Shown here: positions 8,990 through 19,604 of the stretch, piece by piece | How the letters are laid out: each line of letters begins with the position of its first letter | Numbering within the stretch: the first letter of the stretch is position 1 | Assembly (NCBI GenBank): GCA_016840035.1 | Contig: JAEOTC010000154.1 | Coordinates: 1-64,000, forward strand | Origin: Candidatus Hodarchaeota archaeon | GTDB lineage: Archaea > Asgardarchaeota > Heimdallarchaeia > Hodarchaeales > Hodarchaeaceae | Reading direction: 5' to 3' | DNA: 64,000 bases | Notes under the pieces: model-generated | The model's database searches: none | The model's input: the letters and a program-made list of their open reading frames with translations, nothing else | Told to the model about the DNA's origin: nothing | Made by a program: the position numbers and the translations under genes

Positions 8990-10450
8990 TTAGTCCTCCT
9001 TCCAATTTCTAAGGGTATGCGTTGTATTCCCTTTGTGGTCAACAATTTGTACTTCTGTAGCCACAGCACCCGATTTCAAGACGTGAGTTGCACAGCTGAA
9101 ACATGGATCATACGCTCGTACAATCATTTCTAGTCTATTGAGCAACCCTTCGGCTGGTTCAGCATCAACAATTAGTTCCTTAGCGGAAACATTTACTGAA
9201 CGATTTATTGCTTCATTATTACTTACAGTTGCAACAATTAAATTGACATCAGTTGTGATCCCTTTTCTATCTGTTACATAATGATGGAAAAGAGTTCCTC
9301 TGTGTGCTTCAAGAATACCAATACCTTCTTCTTCACGAGCTTCGACAGGTGTACGGAGTTTAGTTCCGAGTATATCTGGATCTTCTAGAAGTTCTAGCGT
9401 TGCCTCAACTCCATGGGCTAATTCAATAATCCGGGAATAATTATATAGTAACGATTGTGGTGCTGGACGACCGAATTTATTTCTAAATTCCGTGAGAAGT
9501 TCTTGTGCTATAGGGGTATCGATTTTATCGGCAGCATTCACTCTAGCTAAAGGACCCACACGATAACAACCTTCTTCAAAGGATTTCTTTTTGTAATAGG
9601 GGAATTTTAGATAGGAATAATCCTTAACACGTTCAGAAATCACATCTCTATATGACGGATCTGAACTTGAGAATTCCTCTAGAACTTCTGAATTATGACC
9701 AAGTAACCTGACTTTTCCATTATAAAATCTCAGTTCTCCTTGATTTCCAACCATACCCATATGCATGGTAGGTAAAACACCTAAAGATCCAATTGCATCT
9801 GCATATTGATCAAAAAGGGCCATTGCAGTATCTTTAGCTTCGGGTAGGAAATTTGTTGCAATATCCTTTACATCTCTCACGATAGAATCCCGATCTTCTT
9901 GAGAAAGCCCTTGGGCTTGTCCTCCAGGAACTGCAGTTACAGGATGAACAGTTCTTCCTCCAAGAATCTTTGTTATTTTCTGACCAACTTTTCTAGCAGC
10001 AATTACTTTCTTTACTAAATCAGGATTTGCTTCAAGAACTCCGAACACGTTCCTCTTTGCTGGATCCGAGTCGGGTCCCAAAACTAAATCTGGTGCAGCA
10101 AGATAGAAGAAGTGCAAAACGTGGGAATGGATAAAAGACCCCATGAGCATAAGTCTTCTTAATTTAAACGCTGTAGGGGGAAGATCCAAGGGATCTAATC
10201 CAAAAGCTCTGTCAACCGCTTTACCAGAACATAAATGATGAGGAGAATGACAGATTCCACACATTCGGGGTGTGAGTAGAGGCATTTCCTCAACAGGTCT
10301 ACCAATGAGGAATTTCTCAAAGCCACGAAATTCCACTACTTTCACTTGAGAGTCTATTAAATGATTATTTTCATCTAAAAAAAGCTTAATCTCTGCATGG
10401 CCTTCGATCCGAGTGACAGGATCTACTTTAATAATTTTTGATGCTTCCAT
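8990..10450 (-). CDS. mvhA: [NiFe] hydrogenase large subunit, MvhA/group 3c type
   Basis: TRIEGHA, L1 RMCGICHSPHH, L2 DPCFSCATH followed by a cleavable C-terminal tail. Confidence 0.93.
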   Translation of the reverse strand: MEASKIIKVDPVTRIEGHAEIKLFLDENNHLIDSQVKVVEFRGFEKFLIGRPVEEMPLLTPRMCGICHSPHHLCSGKAVDRAFGLDPLDLPPTAFKLRRLMLMGSFIHSHVLHFFYLAAPDLVLGPDSDPAKRNVFGVLEANPDLVKKVIAARKVGQKITKILGGRTVHPVTAVPGGQAQGLSQEDRDSIVRDVKDIATNFLPEAKDTAMALFDQYADAIGSLGVLPTMHMGMVGNQGELRFYNGKVRLLGHNSEVLEEFSSSDPSYRDVISERVKDYSYLKFPYYKKKSFEEGCYRVGPLARVNAADKIDTPIAQELLTEFRNKFGRPAPQSLLYNYSRIIELAHGVEATLELLEDPDILGTKLRTPVEAREEEGIGILEAHRGTLFHHYVTDRKGITTDVNLIVATVSNNEAINRSVNVSAKELIVDAEPAEGLLNRLEMIVRAYDPCFSCATHVLKSGAVATEVQIVDHKGNTTHTLRNWKED

Positions 10451-10452
10451 GA

Positions 10453-11370
10453 TTATTTCTTCTCCTTTAATTTTCCTAGCTTTGAGTAAGCAAACTGATG
10501 TTGATACATTATCGAAACCGGGTCATTTCCCATAGCTTCCATTACCTGTTCAACTCCTACTTGACTAGCTAACGTCCCCAAGAAGGATGTTGTATCTAAA
10601 CCTGGATCTGTACCTTCTACAGGATCAGGATTCAAAGGTCCATGACAACCTCTACACGGTACACCAACTTTTGTGCATCGCGCATCACACAAACCCCAAG
10701 TGACAGGTCCTACACAAACATAACCCTGTTCTAGGAAACACTTGTCAGGATCTATTTCTTCACCAGCAGATTTATACCAGCGTTTAAGTTCAGTAATTTT
10801 TTCATGACTTTTCTCTCTAGGACATGGTTCACATACAGATTGATTTGGTAAGTTCAATGGTTCTCCGTTTAATAATGCCATAACTCCTGTAGCAATTAAT
10901 TCAGGTACAGGAGGACAGCCAGGAACTACTACATCGACATCAATAACTGATGAAAGGGGAAGTACCTTTTCTGTTAACGGAGGTACATCATCCCTTGGTT
11001 CTCGTCCTAACGGATTGTCTACTCCCATACAATTTCCAGGATAGTAAACTTTATCGAAAATTTCTTCTCGAGTATACAGGTTACCAAGTCCTGGGGTCCC
11101 GCCAAAACAGGCGCAAGACCCAAGAGAGACGATTATCTTACAGTTTTTACGCATTTCCTTAGCTACGTGGATATTGTGCTCATTCCTTATTCCTCCTGTG
11201 ATAATTCCCACATCTGCAGGAACAAATTCCTTTACATCAGCAAGAACAGGAGATCGTACAATATCTGCTTTAGCTAGTACATCGAGAATAGCTTCATGAA
11301 TATCCAGTAGCGATATGTGACACCCACTGCATACCATCAACCATTCAGTCGCGATTCTTGCTTTTGACAT
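10453..11370 (-). CDS. mvhG: [NiFe] hydrogenase small subunit, MvhG type
   Basis: CSGCHISLLD, GSCACFGG, PGCPP, VCEPCPR, CFLEQGYVCVGP, PCRGC. Confidence 0.92.
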   Translation of the reverse strand: MSKARIATEWLMVCSGCHISLLDIHEAILDVLAKADIVRSPVLADVKEFVPADVGIITGGIRNEHNIHVAKEMRKNCKIIVSLGSCACFGGTPGLGNLYTREEIFDKVYYPGNCMGVDNPLGREPRDDVPPLTEKVLPLSSVIDVDVVVPGCPPVPELIATGVMALLNGEPLNLPNQSVCEPCPREKSHEKITELKRWYKSAGEEIDPDKCFLEQGYVCVGPVTWGLCDARCTKVGVPCRGCHGPLNPDPVEGTDPGLDTTSFLGTLASQVGVEQVMEAMGNDPVSIMYQHQFAYSKLGKLKEKK

Positions 11371-11617
11371 TGTTTCATATCCTCTTACTAGTTAATATTG
11401 ATAAACGATCGATCTAAGATTAAAAATAGTATTAAGATCTAAATAGATGGCCAATCTATGGAATTTTTACATCAGAAAATTTTTTTTAAGCATATCCTAT
11501 ACTATTGTGAAAACCAAAAATCAATCAGATTGTAATTATATTGTCAAGGCCAACTCTAACGACTTATTTCCGATTCTTAGGAAAAGTAAAAGTCTATCTT
11601 TGTACCATTCTGGTGTC

Positions 11618-12109
11618 CTAAAAGAGGCTTAAAATGTGTGATTTTAACTTCGGAACTAACTTTTCTACTCCCTTTGTCACTTCAGGTGTCAACTCCTCTC
11701 CTATAAATCCGATTTCTTTAATCTGAACGCCATAAACTTCAATGGGATTAGGTACTTCATATCCTCCCATTTTTGCATACTTTAGGACAGGTAACACCCC
11801 AACCCCATGAGAAGAGATCCCCCCAGAGTCTTTAACATCAATTTCATTCAAATTTTCTAAATAGAAGATTTCTCCAGGTTTTAAGCCCTGATGAGCCATA
11901 GATGCTGCATCCACTATGATTGCATGGTCGAATCCGTCTATTGCATCTAGGATATCTAATCCTCCAGTATTAAGATATTGAAAAGAGATTCCAAGTTGTA
12001 TTAAATCTTCATCCTTCTCTAATTGCTCGACTGCACGAATTCCAGCTCCATCATCCATTCTAATAGAGTTACCAACTCCTAGAACAACTAATTTCTTCGA
12101 TCCAATCAT
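11618..12109 (-). CDS. Hydrogenase maturation protease
   Basis: VLGVGNSIRMDDGAG, IIVDA, SSHG. Confidence 0.92.
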   Translation of the reverse strand: MIGSKKLVVLGVGNSIRMDDGAGIRAVEQLEKDEDLIQLGISFQYLNTGGLDILDAIDGFDHAIIVDAASMAHQGLKPGEIFYLENLNEIDVKDSGGISSHGVGVLPVLKYAKMGGYEVPNPIEVYGVQIKEIGFIGEELTPEVTKGVEKLVPKLKSHILSLF

Positions 12110-12242
12110 ATTATCTTAACTCTTCATATATGTGTAATTATCACGTGAAAATCGAGAGAAAGTATACTAACTTCTACTAATAGTACCACATTCAAAGGTT
12201 TAATATCCTATTGGATAATGAAACGTTTCGAGTGGATTTAGT

Positions 12243-13139
12243 ATGGTCAGTTCTGTTCATTTGTTATTCACATATACTTGTCTTTTTGAATGTGATCACT
12301 GCTTTTTATATTGCAGTCCTTCATCCAAGGGAACGTTTACTTACCAACAAATGGTAAAAGTATTTAACGATCTTAAAAAAATAGATACTCTATCCTTTGT
12401 ATATTTTGAGGGAGGAGAACCCTTCTTGTACTATGCTCAGATGGTTGAAGGGTTGAAAATGGTACAAAAACTAGGTGTTAAGACAGGAATTGTAACAAAT
12501 GGATATTGGGCAACTTCTGTGGCAGATGCGGAACTATGGCTTCAACCTCTAATAGAACTAGGTATTTCGGATATAAGTATAAGTGATGATTTGTTTCATT
12601 ATGGAGAAGAACAGGAGAATCTTGCAAAGAATGCTTATCAAGCAGCAAAGAATCTTAGTCTCCCAGGAGACACGATTTGTATTAATAAACCAACAATTAC
12701 AGATAAGAAAGAGCAAGAAAAAGGTGCCCCCGTAATTGGAGGAGGAGTGATGTTTAGAGGAAGAGCTACAGAGACATTAACAGAGGGATTGCCAACAAAA
12801 CATTGGAGTGAATTTTTAGAATGTCCCTATGAGGATCTGAAAAATCCGAAGCGAGTACACCTAGATGCATATGGACATGTCCATATTTGTCAAGGATTAA
12901 GCATGGGCAATATTGGGAAGACACCTCTTTCAATTCTTGCAAAAGAATATGATGGAACTTCTCATCCCATCTGTGGACCTTTGTTAAAAGGTGGTCCAGC
13001 CCAACTTGCACGAGAAAATAACTTATTTACTGATGAAGAGTTTATCGATCATTGTCACGCGTGTTTTATAGCGCGGAAGGCCCTTCTTGATAAATTTCCA
13101 GAGGTTTTAGCACCAAGACAAGTTTATGGTCTTAAGTAA
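12243..13139 (+). CDS. Radical SAM protein, function unknown
   Basis: CLFECDHC (CxxxCxxC), FEGGEPF, VTNGYWA; extra C-terminal Cys (HICQG, PICG, CHAC). Confidence 0.88.
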   Translation: MVSSVHLLFTYTCLFECDHCFLYCSPSSKGTFTYQQMVKVFNDLKKIDTLSFVYFEGGEPFLYYAQMVEGLKMVQKLGVKTGIVTNGYWATSVADAELWLQPLIELGISDISISDDLFHYGEEQENLAKNAYQAAKNLSLPGDTICINKPTITDKKEQEKGAPVIGGGVMFRGRATETLTEGLPTKHWSEFLECPYEDLKNPKRVHLDAYGHVHICQGLSMGNIGKTPLSILAKEYDGTSHPICGPLLKGGPAQLARENNLFTDEEFIDHCHACFIARKALLDKFPEVLAPRQVYGLK

Positions 13140-13393
13140 TATTCAGATTAATCGTCTGTTGTTTATGAAATCCTGCTTTTTATAAAAGTGAAAAACCTTA
13201 AGTACAAGTAATAATTGTAATTACAGGTTTCAATGAAATTCGAATGAGTTGATTTGAAACAGATTTTCTTGAGACTGGAGATTCTAAAAGTAAAGGAATA
13301 TCCTTTATTCTAGCCTATCTAGCCTCGGGATAAAAAAAATTAAGAGGGGCGAATTAGATCGTCTTTCTAACATAAAAAGGAGGAAATATACGA

Positions 13394-13921
13394 ATGCGAA
13401 AGAAGCTACTTGTTTTTGTATTAATGTTTTCAGTGCTAACATTGGTTCCAATAGTTTCAGTATCAGCTGAGAAACCTCATTTGATAGGTTCAATGACATT
13501 ATCATTATTACCTGAGTTTGATTTACCCCCTTCATATCCTGAAGGTTCGTTTGTTACTTGGCAAGGAACAATATATTTCGAAGGAATTGATGAATATGAA
13601 ATGCGGTTCATCTTGATTGGAGCAGGGATTCCACGAGAAGGACCAACAGGAAAAGCTGGTCACTTTGGAGAAATCTGGGAAATATACGATGGAAGTCTTT
13701 GCAATATGATCCTATGGGGTTATGACAAAGGTGTAACTAACCAGAAAAAGGATTGGACTCATTGGCCGTATCGAATGAACGGACATGTGGAAGGTGCTGC
13801 TGATACAGCTGGTTGGACAGAATACCTTGGTAGAAATGTTCACATGAGTGGAATAATTACGTGGCTTGGCCAACCATATTCCCCTCCAGCCATTGCACCA
13901 GGAGAATTCCGAATAAACTAG
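13394..13921 (+). CDS. Secreted hypothetical protein
   Basis: AGGAGG RBS; signal peptide MRKKLLVFVLMFSVLTLVPIVSVSA. Confidence 0.7.
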   Translation: MRKKLLVFVLMFSVLTLVPIVSVSAEKPHLIGSMTLSLLPEFDLPPSYPEGSFVTWQGTIYFEGIDEYEMRFILIGAGIPREGPTGKAGHFGEIWEIYDGSLCNMILWGYDKGVTNQKKDWTHWPYRMNGHVEGAADTAGWTEYLGRNVHMSGIITWLGQPYSPPAIAPGEFRIN

Positions 13922-13925
13922 TTAT

Positions 13926-13969
13926 AAAAAGGGGTTTTCTTGGACACCCCAAGAAAATCCCGTTTTTTT
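13926..13969. terminator. Bidirectional stem-loop terminator between convergent genes
   Basis: AAAAA-GGGGTTTTCTTGG-ACAC-CCCAAGAAAATCCC-GTTTTTTT. Confidence 0.65.
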
Positions 13970-13986
13970 CTATATCCTTACCATAT

Positions 13987-14427
13987 TTAGGGTTTTAAGG
14001 GCCCTAAGCTCCTGATTTTTTCTGTAAATTCAGTCATAATTTGAGCAAAGCGTTTTCCCTCACTCGCAGAAATCCATTCAAGTCGGAACCGTTCAACTTT
14101 AAATCCAAGAACTTGCATAGCTTCTACCATTTTATCTATGCGTTCTTTTGCTCTTAGATTTCCTTCTAAATAGTGACAATCCCCAGGATGGCATCCGGCA
14201 ACCATGACACCATCAGCACCTTTCAAGAAGGCTTTCATAACGAAAGCTGGATCTACTCTACCAGAACACATCACACGCACTATTCGTACATTACTCGGAT
14301 ATTTTAATCGTGAAACACCGGCTAAATCCGCACCTGCGTATGAACACCAATTACAGGCAAACACTAAAATTGTTGGTTCAAAATTTTCTATTTGAGGTTT
14401 AGTTTCTACTTGTGTCACTTTTGTCAT
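13987..14427 (-). CDS. mvhD: Hydrogenase/Hdr iron-sulfur subunit MvhD
   Basis: Canonical FACNWCSYAGAD, RVMCSGRVD, GCHPGDCHY, WISASEG. Confidence 0.95.
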   Translation of the reverse strand: MTKVTQVETKPQIENFEPTILVFACNWCSYAGADLAGVSRLKYPSNVRIVRVMCSGRVDPAFVMKAFLKGADGVMVAGCHPGDCHYLEGNLRAKERIDKMVEAMQVLGFKVERFRLEWISASEGKRFAQIMTEFTEKIRSLGPLKP

Positions 14428-14437
14428 CCTCCTTAAA

Positions 14438-17400
14438 TTAAGGTGCCTCCACTGAGGGTGTATCAGCTTCCACTTTTTCTGTTAGTTCTGGTCTAGTCAG
14501 GATAGATTCGAATTGAGATTCGATGAGTTTGTCTGGGAAGTGTTTAATTGTGATTGCAGATACTGGACATGTTACCACACAGGTACCACACCCTTTACAG
14601 ACCCCTTCATTAACCACAGCTTTAACCATTTTTAGGTCTTGAGTTTCCATTCTAATAGTCTTTGTCTCAAGTTCTATTGCCTTGAAAGGACATACTTGTT
14701 CACAACGTCCGCATCCACGGCAAATGTCTTGATTAACATTTGCAATTGCTCCTTCTGATAGAATGAATCCTTTTGCAAGGAGAGCCATAACTCTGACTGC
14801 TGCTCCGCTACCCTGGTATATTGCTTCAGTGCTGAATTTTGGAAATTGACTTGTTCCTGCTAAGAAGATTCCATCTGTGGCAAAATCTATTGGACGAAGT
14901 TTTACGTGTGCTTCTAAGAAAAAGTTATCAGCACCTCGTGCACATTTGAACATCTGCCCCAATTCCTCATTTGGTTTAGGTACTAGGGGAACACTTAGGA
15001 CTACTAAATCAGGAGTGACTTGTAGATTGACACCTAGCATTTCATCAAAAACAGTTACGGTTCCATTTGAATCGACACTTGGTTCATTATCATCTGTATA
15101 ACGGATGAAAACTGTCCCAAGCTCTCTTGCTTTTAGATATAATTCCTCTAAGTCTCCATATGTTCTAATATCCTTATACAGAACAAACACATTAGCGTTG
15201 GGATTGCGTTCTTTAATACGAATGCTGTTCTTTATGGCTGCAGTACAACAAATCCTTGAACAATACGTACGTGGTGCTTCTTCCTCTCGAGAACCCACAC
15301 ATTGAATCATGACCACGTTTTGAGGGTCTAGTTCATCGAATCGCTCTTCTAACTCTCTTTGAGTAACCACATTCGAAGCGTTTCCATAATTATAATATCC
15401 GTTCGGTGTGAAGGGTTCTGCTCCTGTGGCAAGAATCACGGCTCCAAACTGTATTTCTTCTCCTTGTACTACACCTTTAAATTTTCCAACAGCCCCACTG
15501 AGCTCTTCCAGTTCGGAATTAGTGTAAACTGTGATTTCAGGCTCATTTTCGATCTCTTTTCGCATTTGAGCCACAACTTCAGGGCCCTTTAGTCCGTTAT
15601 GTAATTCGGGAATCTTGAGAAGTTCGCCCCCTAGTTGATCTTCTTTTTCTATCAAGTAGACAGGATAGCCTGCTCTTGCCAGATCAAGGGCGCTTGTCAT
15701 TCCAGCAACTCCACCACCAATTACAAGAGCTTTTTTGATAATGGGGATCTTTTCTTTGAATAAAGGTTCAAGACCACAGGCACGGGTTATTGCACCACGA
15801 ATTAGATCTTTAGCTTTCTCGTTTGCTTCATCCTCCTGATGAGGGTGAACCCATGAAACCTGTTCTCGGAAATTCACTAGATCAAACAAAAATTCGTTTA
15901 ACCCCGCTTCCTGGAGTGTACTTCTAAACAGAGGTTCGTGAGTACGAGGAGTACATGAGGCAACTATTACTCGATTTAATTTATGCTCTTTGATTGCATC
16001 CTTAATCACAACTTGGGAATCCGCTGCGCATGCATACATTGGATCACTGGCGTACACAACATTATCGAACTGTTTAGAGTATTCTGCAACTTCAGCACAA
16101 TCTACAACAGAACCGATATTATGACCACAGTGACATACGAGCACTCCAATACGAGGTTCATCAGCAGGACTGACCTTGATTTCACGAGGCAGTTTTTTCT
16201 CCTCGATTTCTGTTCCTCTAACATCTTTCAGTAAAATAGATGCTTTTGCTGCCGCTCCACTTGCCTCAGCAACAGTATCAGGAATATCCTTTGGACTTGA
16301 GGCAACTCCACATACATAAACTCCTTCTTGATTGGTCTCCAAAGGTTTCAGAGGATCTGTGACAACAAAACCTGTGTCCGATAACTCTAGTTTAAGATCT
16401 CTCTTTAAAAATTCTGCATGTGAAGAAGGATCCAATCCTGTGGATAAAACCACCATATCCATTTCCTCGGTAGAAATTCCTGGTGTACCTTTGAAGTCTT
16501 CGTATTTGACAATTAAATTCCTGTTTTCAGGATTTTCTCTAATTTCACTAATTCTTGATTTAATAAAATGGATGTTAAATTCATTAATAGCCCGTTGGTA
16601 GAACTCTTCAAATCCTTTACCGAATGCACGGATGTCCATGTAATAAATATATGCTTCTACATCGGGATCATGTTCTTTAGCCATTATCGCCTCCTTTATG
16701 GCATACATACAACAGGCAGCAGAGCAATAATTTCTATTTAATTGGGGATTTCGTGAACCCACACACTGCAAAAACGCAATCTTTTTGGGATGTTTTTGGT
16801 CAGAAGGACGAATAACCTCACCTCCGGTTGGACCAGAGGCATTAAGTAACCGTTCAAATTGTAATGTTGTTACTACATTTGGGAACTGACCATAATGAAG
16901 ACTTGAAATTTCCTTAGCATCAAAAGGATCAAAACCAGTGGTTACAATGACCGCACCGACATTAATCTCCTTGACTTCATCCTTTTGTTCATAATTTATA
17001 GCTCCAGGACCGCATTTTTTCTTACAGATTCCACATTTCCCCTTCTTGAGGTATGCACAATTATGAGCTTGAATATATGCGACTTTTGGTACTGCTTGAG
17101 GAAACGGAATAGAAACTGTTTTTCTCCCTGGTTTATCTCGACCTTTTTTGTCCTTTCTCATTAAATGCTCATTGAATTCGTCATCCACCCAGTAAGGGCA
17201 GTTCTCCTCACACTCTCCGCATCCTGTACACTTATCCTCGTCAACATAGCGAGCTTTCTTAAGATATTTTAGAGTAAAGTTTCCAGGAGATCCTGAAAGG
17301 TCCTGTGGGTCACAGTAGGTTAATAACCGAATATTCGGGTGTCGTTGTACATCGACCAATTTTGGTCCAAGGATACACATGGCACAGTCTAAAGTCGGAA

Positions 17401-17554
17401 AGGTCTTATCAAGCTGGACCATTCTTCCCCCAATTGAAGGATTGCTCTCAATAAGATGAACAAGAAATCCTTGATCAGCCATATCTAAACTCGCTTGTAT
17501 TCCGGCAATTCCTCCTCCGATTACAGCTACAGATCCTAACATTGTTTCAGCCAT
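14438..17554 (-). CDS. hdrA: Large two-FAD-module HdrA-like protein
   Basis: Two GGGxAG FAD motifs, two CVGSR..C..CC motifs, internal VCHCG domain, terminal ferredoxin domain. Start moved to ATG 17554 (MAETML), behind a GAGG RBS. Confidence 0.92.
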   Translation of the reverse strand: MAETMLGSVAVIGGGIAGIQASLDMADQGFLVHLIESNPSIGGRMVQLDKTFPTLDCAMCILGPKLVDVQRHPNIRLLTYCDPQDLSGSPGNFTLKYLKKARYVDEDKCTGCGECEENCPYWVDDEFNEHLMRKDKKGRDKPGRKTVSIPFPQAVPKVAYIQAHNCAYLKKGKCGICKKKCGPGAINYEQKDEVKEINVGAVIVTTGFDPFDAKEISSLHYGQFPNVVTTLQFERLLNASGPTGGEVIRPSDQKHPKKIAFLQCVGSRNPQLNRNYCSAACCMYAIKEAIMAKEHDPDVEAYIYYMDIRAFGKGFEEFYQRAINEFNIHFIKSRISEIRENPENRNLIVKYEDFKGTPGISTEEMDMVVLSTGLDPSSHAEFLKRDLKLELSDTGFVVTDPLKPLETNQEGVYVCGVASSPKDIPDTVAEASGAAAKASILLKDVRGTEIEEKKLPREIKVSPADEPRIGVLVCHCGHNIGSVVDCAEVAEYSKQFDNVVYASDPMYACAADSQVVIKDAIKEHKLNRVIVASCTPRTHEPLFRSTLQEAGLNEFLFDLVNFREQVSWVHPHQEDEANEKAKDLIRGAITRACGLEPLFKEKIPIIKKALVIGGGVAGMTSALDLARAGYPVYLIEKEDQLGGELLKIPELHNGLKGPEVVAQMRKEIENEPEITVYTNSELEELSGAVGKFKGVVQGEEIQFGAVILATGAEPFTPNGYYNYGNASNVVTQRELEERFDELDPQNVVMIQCVGSREEEAPRTYCSRICCTAAIKNSIRIKERNPNANVFVLYKDIRTYGDLEELYLKARELGTVFIRYTDDNEPSVDSNGTVTVFDEMLGVNLQVTPDLVVLSVPLVPKPNEELGQMFKCARGADNFFLEAHVKLRPIDFATDGIFLAGTSQFPKFSTEAIYQGSGAAVRVMALLAKGFILSEGAIANVNQDICRGCGRCEQVCPFKAIELETKTIRMETQDLKMVKAVVNEGVCKGCGTCVVTCPVSAITIKHFPDKLIESQFESILTRPELTEKVEADTPSVEAP

Positions 17555-17573
17555 TGTTTCTTCCTCGCATTCA

Positions 17574-18707
17574 CTACTTTGGACTCGACCTCTCATCTAC
17601 AATCATACCAAGCTCTTTCACTTTTATTTTAAAGTCGTGCTGAGGTTTTTTATCCTCTAAAACACAGTTTAAGTGGGCATAGCATTTTGAACATGCCACA
17701 GTAAGCGTTCCTTCTTCCCCAACGGCTCGTGTTGCATCCTCTAGCTTCCGTAACATAATTGATCTAGAGACATCATCACACTTTAACCATGCAGACACTC
17801 CACAACACTTTGAAAATTGTTTATTCAATGAAATTTCTTTAATTGATGCACCTGTTGCCTCTAGGACCTTTCTTGGACTTTCATACTCATTCATGAATCG
17901 TCCTAATCTGCATGGATCGTGATAAGTAAGAGTTGTAGCTTCTGCATTGAAATCCAACTTGTCTTTATTTTCCTCTACAAAATGAGAAATGTGTTGAATG
18001 TCAACACCCTCTAAATTATATAAGTCCATAAAGGAGTAATAGCATTCAGCACATGAAACCACAAGTGTTGAAATACCAGAATCCTTGATTACTTGTGTAT
18101 TAAATTCTCTAACCTGTTCATAGGCATCCATATCACCTGTCCAGTAAGCATCATGGCCACAGCACTTTAGAGATAATAGATTGGGATTAACACCTATTTT
18201 ATTCATTACATTAATTGCACTCTGACCTATTTCGTGAAAACTCGTTTCCTTTAAATCTAGGAATTTATCATATAGATCAATGCATCCTGGGAAATAAGCA
18301 ACAGAGGATTCGGGATTTAACTTTCCTTCATACTCAAATTTCATCCCAGAATCAGTTATTTCATTCATGAACACTTGCATAATATTGAAGATATTGTGAT
18401 GTGCAAAGAGATCTTCATTGACACCTTGTTGTTCCCGTTTTAGTCGTATAAATTCCGGAAAATCGATTTGATGTGGACATACTTCTAAGCAGAGGCCACA
18501 GGTTAAACATGAAGTTAAATCATCTTCAGATACTCCATAATCGTATAAATATTTGTGGATGATTTTCCTTGGATTAAATTTAGAATACCTACGGACTGGA
18601 CATACACTGGTACAGGAGGAGCATTGATAACATGCCTGTAACATAGTCTTTAGGTCATCAGTTTTAATTTCTACATCGTATTGAATGGGACTTTCAGACA
18701 TTACCAT
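17574..18707 (-). CDS. HdrD-like Fe-S oxidoreductase (2x4Fe-4S plus CCG domains)
   Basis: CYQCSSCTSVCP, CLTCGLCLEVCP, CCGHD, YHDPCRLGR, CCGVSAW. Confidence 0.88.
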   Translation of the reverse strand: MVMSESPIQYDVEIKTDDLKTMLQACYQCSSCTSVCPVRRYSKFNPRKIIHKYLYDYGVSEDDLTSCLTCGLCLEVCPHQIDFPEFIRLKREQQGVNEDLFAHHNIFNIMQVFMNEITDSGMKFEYEGKLNPESSVAYFPGCIDLYDKFLDLKETSFHEIGQSAINVMNKIGVNPNLLSLKCCGHDAYWTGDMDAYEQVREFNTQVIKDSGISTLVVSCAECYYSFMDLYNLEGVDIQHISHFVEENKDKLDFNAEATTLTYHDPCRLGRFMNEYESPRKVLEATGASIKEISLNKQFSKCCGVSAWLKCDDVSRSIMLRKLEDATRAVGEEGTLTVACSKCYAHLNCVLEDKKPQHDFKIKVKELGMIVDERSSPK

Positions 18708-18719
18708 TTTCTCATCTCC

Positions 18720-19604
18720 TCATGTTTTGACAGGTTTCATCAACTTTTTCGGTGAAACATAATTTGAGCCGAGTCCTAATGACTTATAACTCAGACCCAT
18801 TCCTATTCCAAGTAATTGGCTGAAATAAAGAACAGGAATTTTAAAATCTCCTCCTCCCACCCTATCTATCGCCTGTTTCTGTTGTCCATCTAAAGCTAAG
18901 GCGCACATTTGACAAGCTACAACAATGAATTCGGCTCCGACTTCTTTAGCATTAACAACAATATTTCCAGTTAGGGTTTCTACTGTTGGTTTTGCCACTA
19001 ATAGCTGAGTTGCACCACAGCACTTAGTTTTCATAGGAAAATGTGGAGTTTCAGCCCCAACAAGGTTAATTAGCTCATCCATAAATGTAGGATTATCTGG
19101 ATCCTCAAATTGTACAATATCTCCAGGACGAACACATAAACAGCCATAATAAGAGACACCTTTCCGTCCTGCGAGAGGATTATCTGGAAGAATGTGCTCC
19201 TTAATTTTATTTAATCCAATATTATCCCGTAATAATTGAAGAAAATGAACAGGTTTCACACTTCCAGGTGTGTAATCATGTTTATCCATCAGAGAATTGA
19301 GGATATCTGCTTGTTCTTTGTCTTCTTCCATTATACGATTTACATGAATCAATTGATATGCACATGCAGGACATACGGCTGTTAACAAATCAAAATCCTG
19401 TTCTTCTGCTAGAGCCAAATTCCTTGCAACAATACCTTTTGCTGCAAGGGGATTTACAGCTTCGACTTCTAACGCTCCACAACAATTCCAATCCTTTATC
19501 TCCTTCATATCCACTCCTAATTTCTCTGCAATCTTATAGGTGGATTTATTGTATTCTTTAGCTACTTTATGGAGTGAGCATCCTGGATAATAACCGACTT
19601 TCAT
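18720..19604 (-). CDS. hdrB: Heterodisulfide reductase subunit B (second copy)
   Basis: YYPGCSL, WNCCGA, CPAC, YYGC, KCCGA, ACQMC. Confidence 0.93.
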   Translation of the reverse strand: MKVGYYPGCSLHKVAKEYNKSTYKIAEKLGVDMKEIKDWNCCGALEVEAVNPLAAKGIVARNLALAEEQDFDLLTAVCPACAYQLIHVNRIMEEDKEQADILNSLMDKHDYTPGSVKPVHFLQLLRDNIGLNKIKEHILPDNPLAGRKGVSYYGCLCVRPGDIVQFEDPDNPTFMDELINLVGAETPHFPMKTKCCGATQLLVAKPTVETLTGNIVVNAKEVGAEFIVVACQMCALALDGQQKQAIDRVGGGDFKIPVLYFSQLLGIGMGLSYKSLGLGSNYVSPKKLMKPVKT

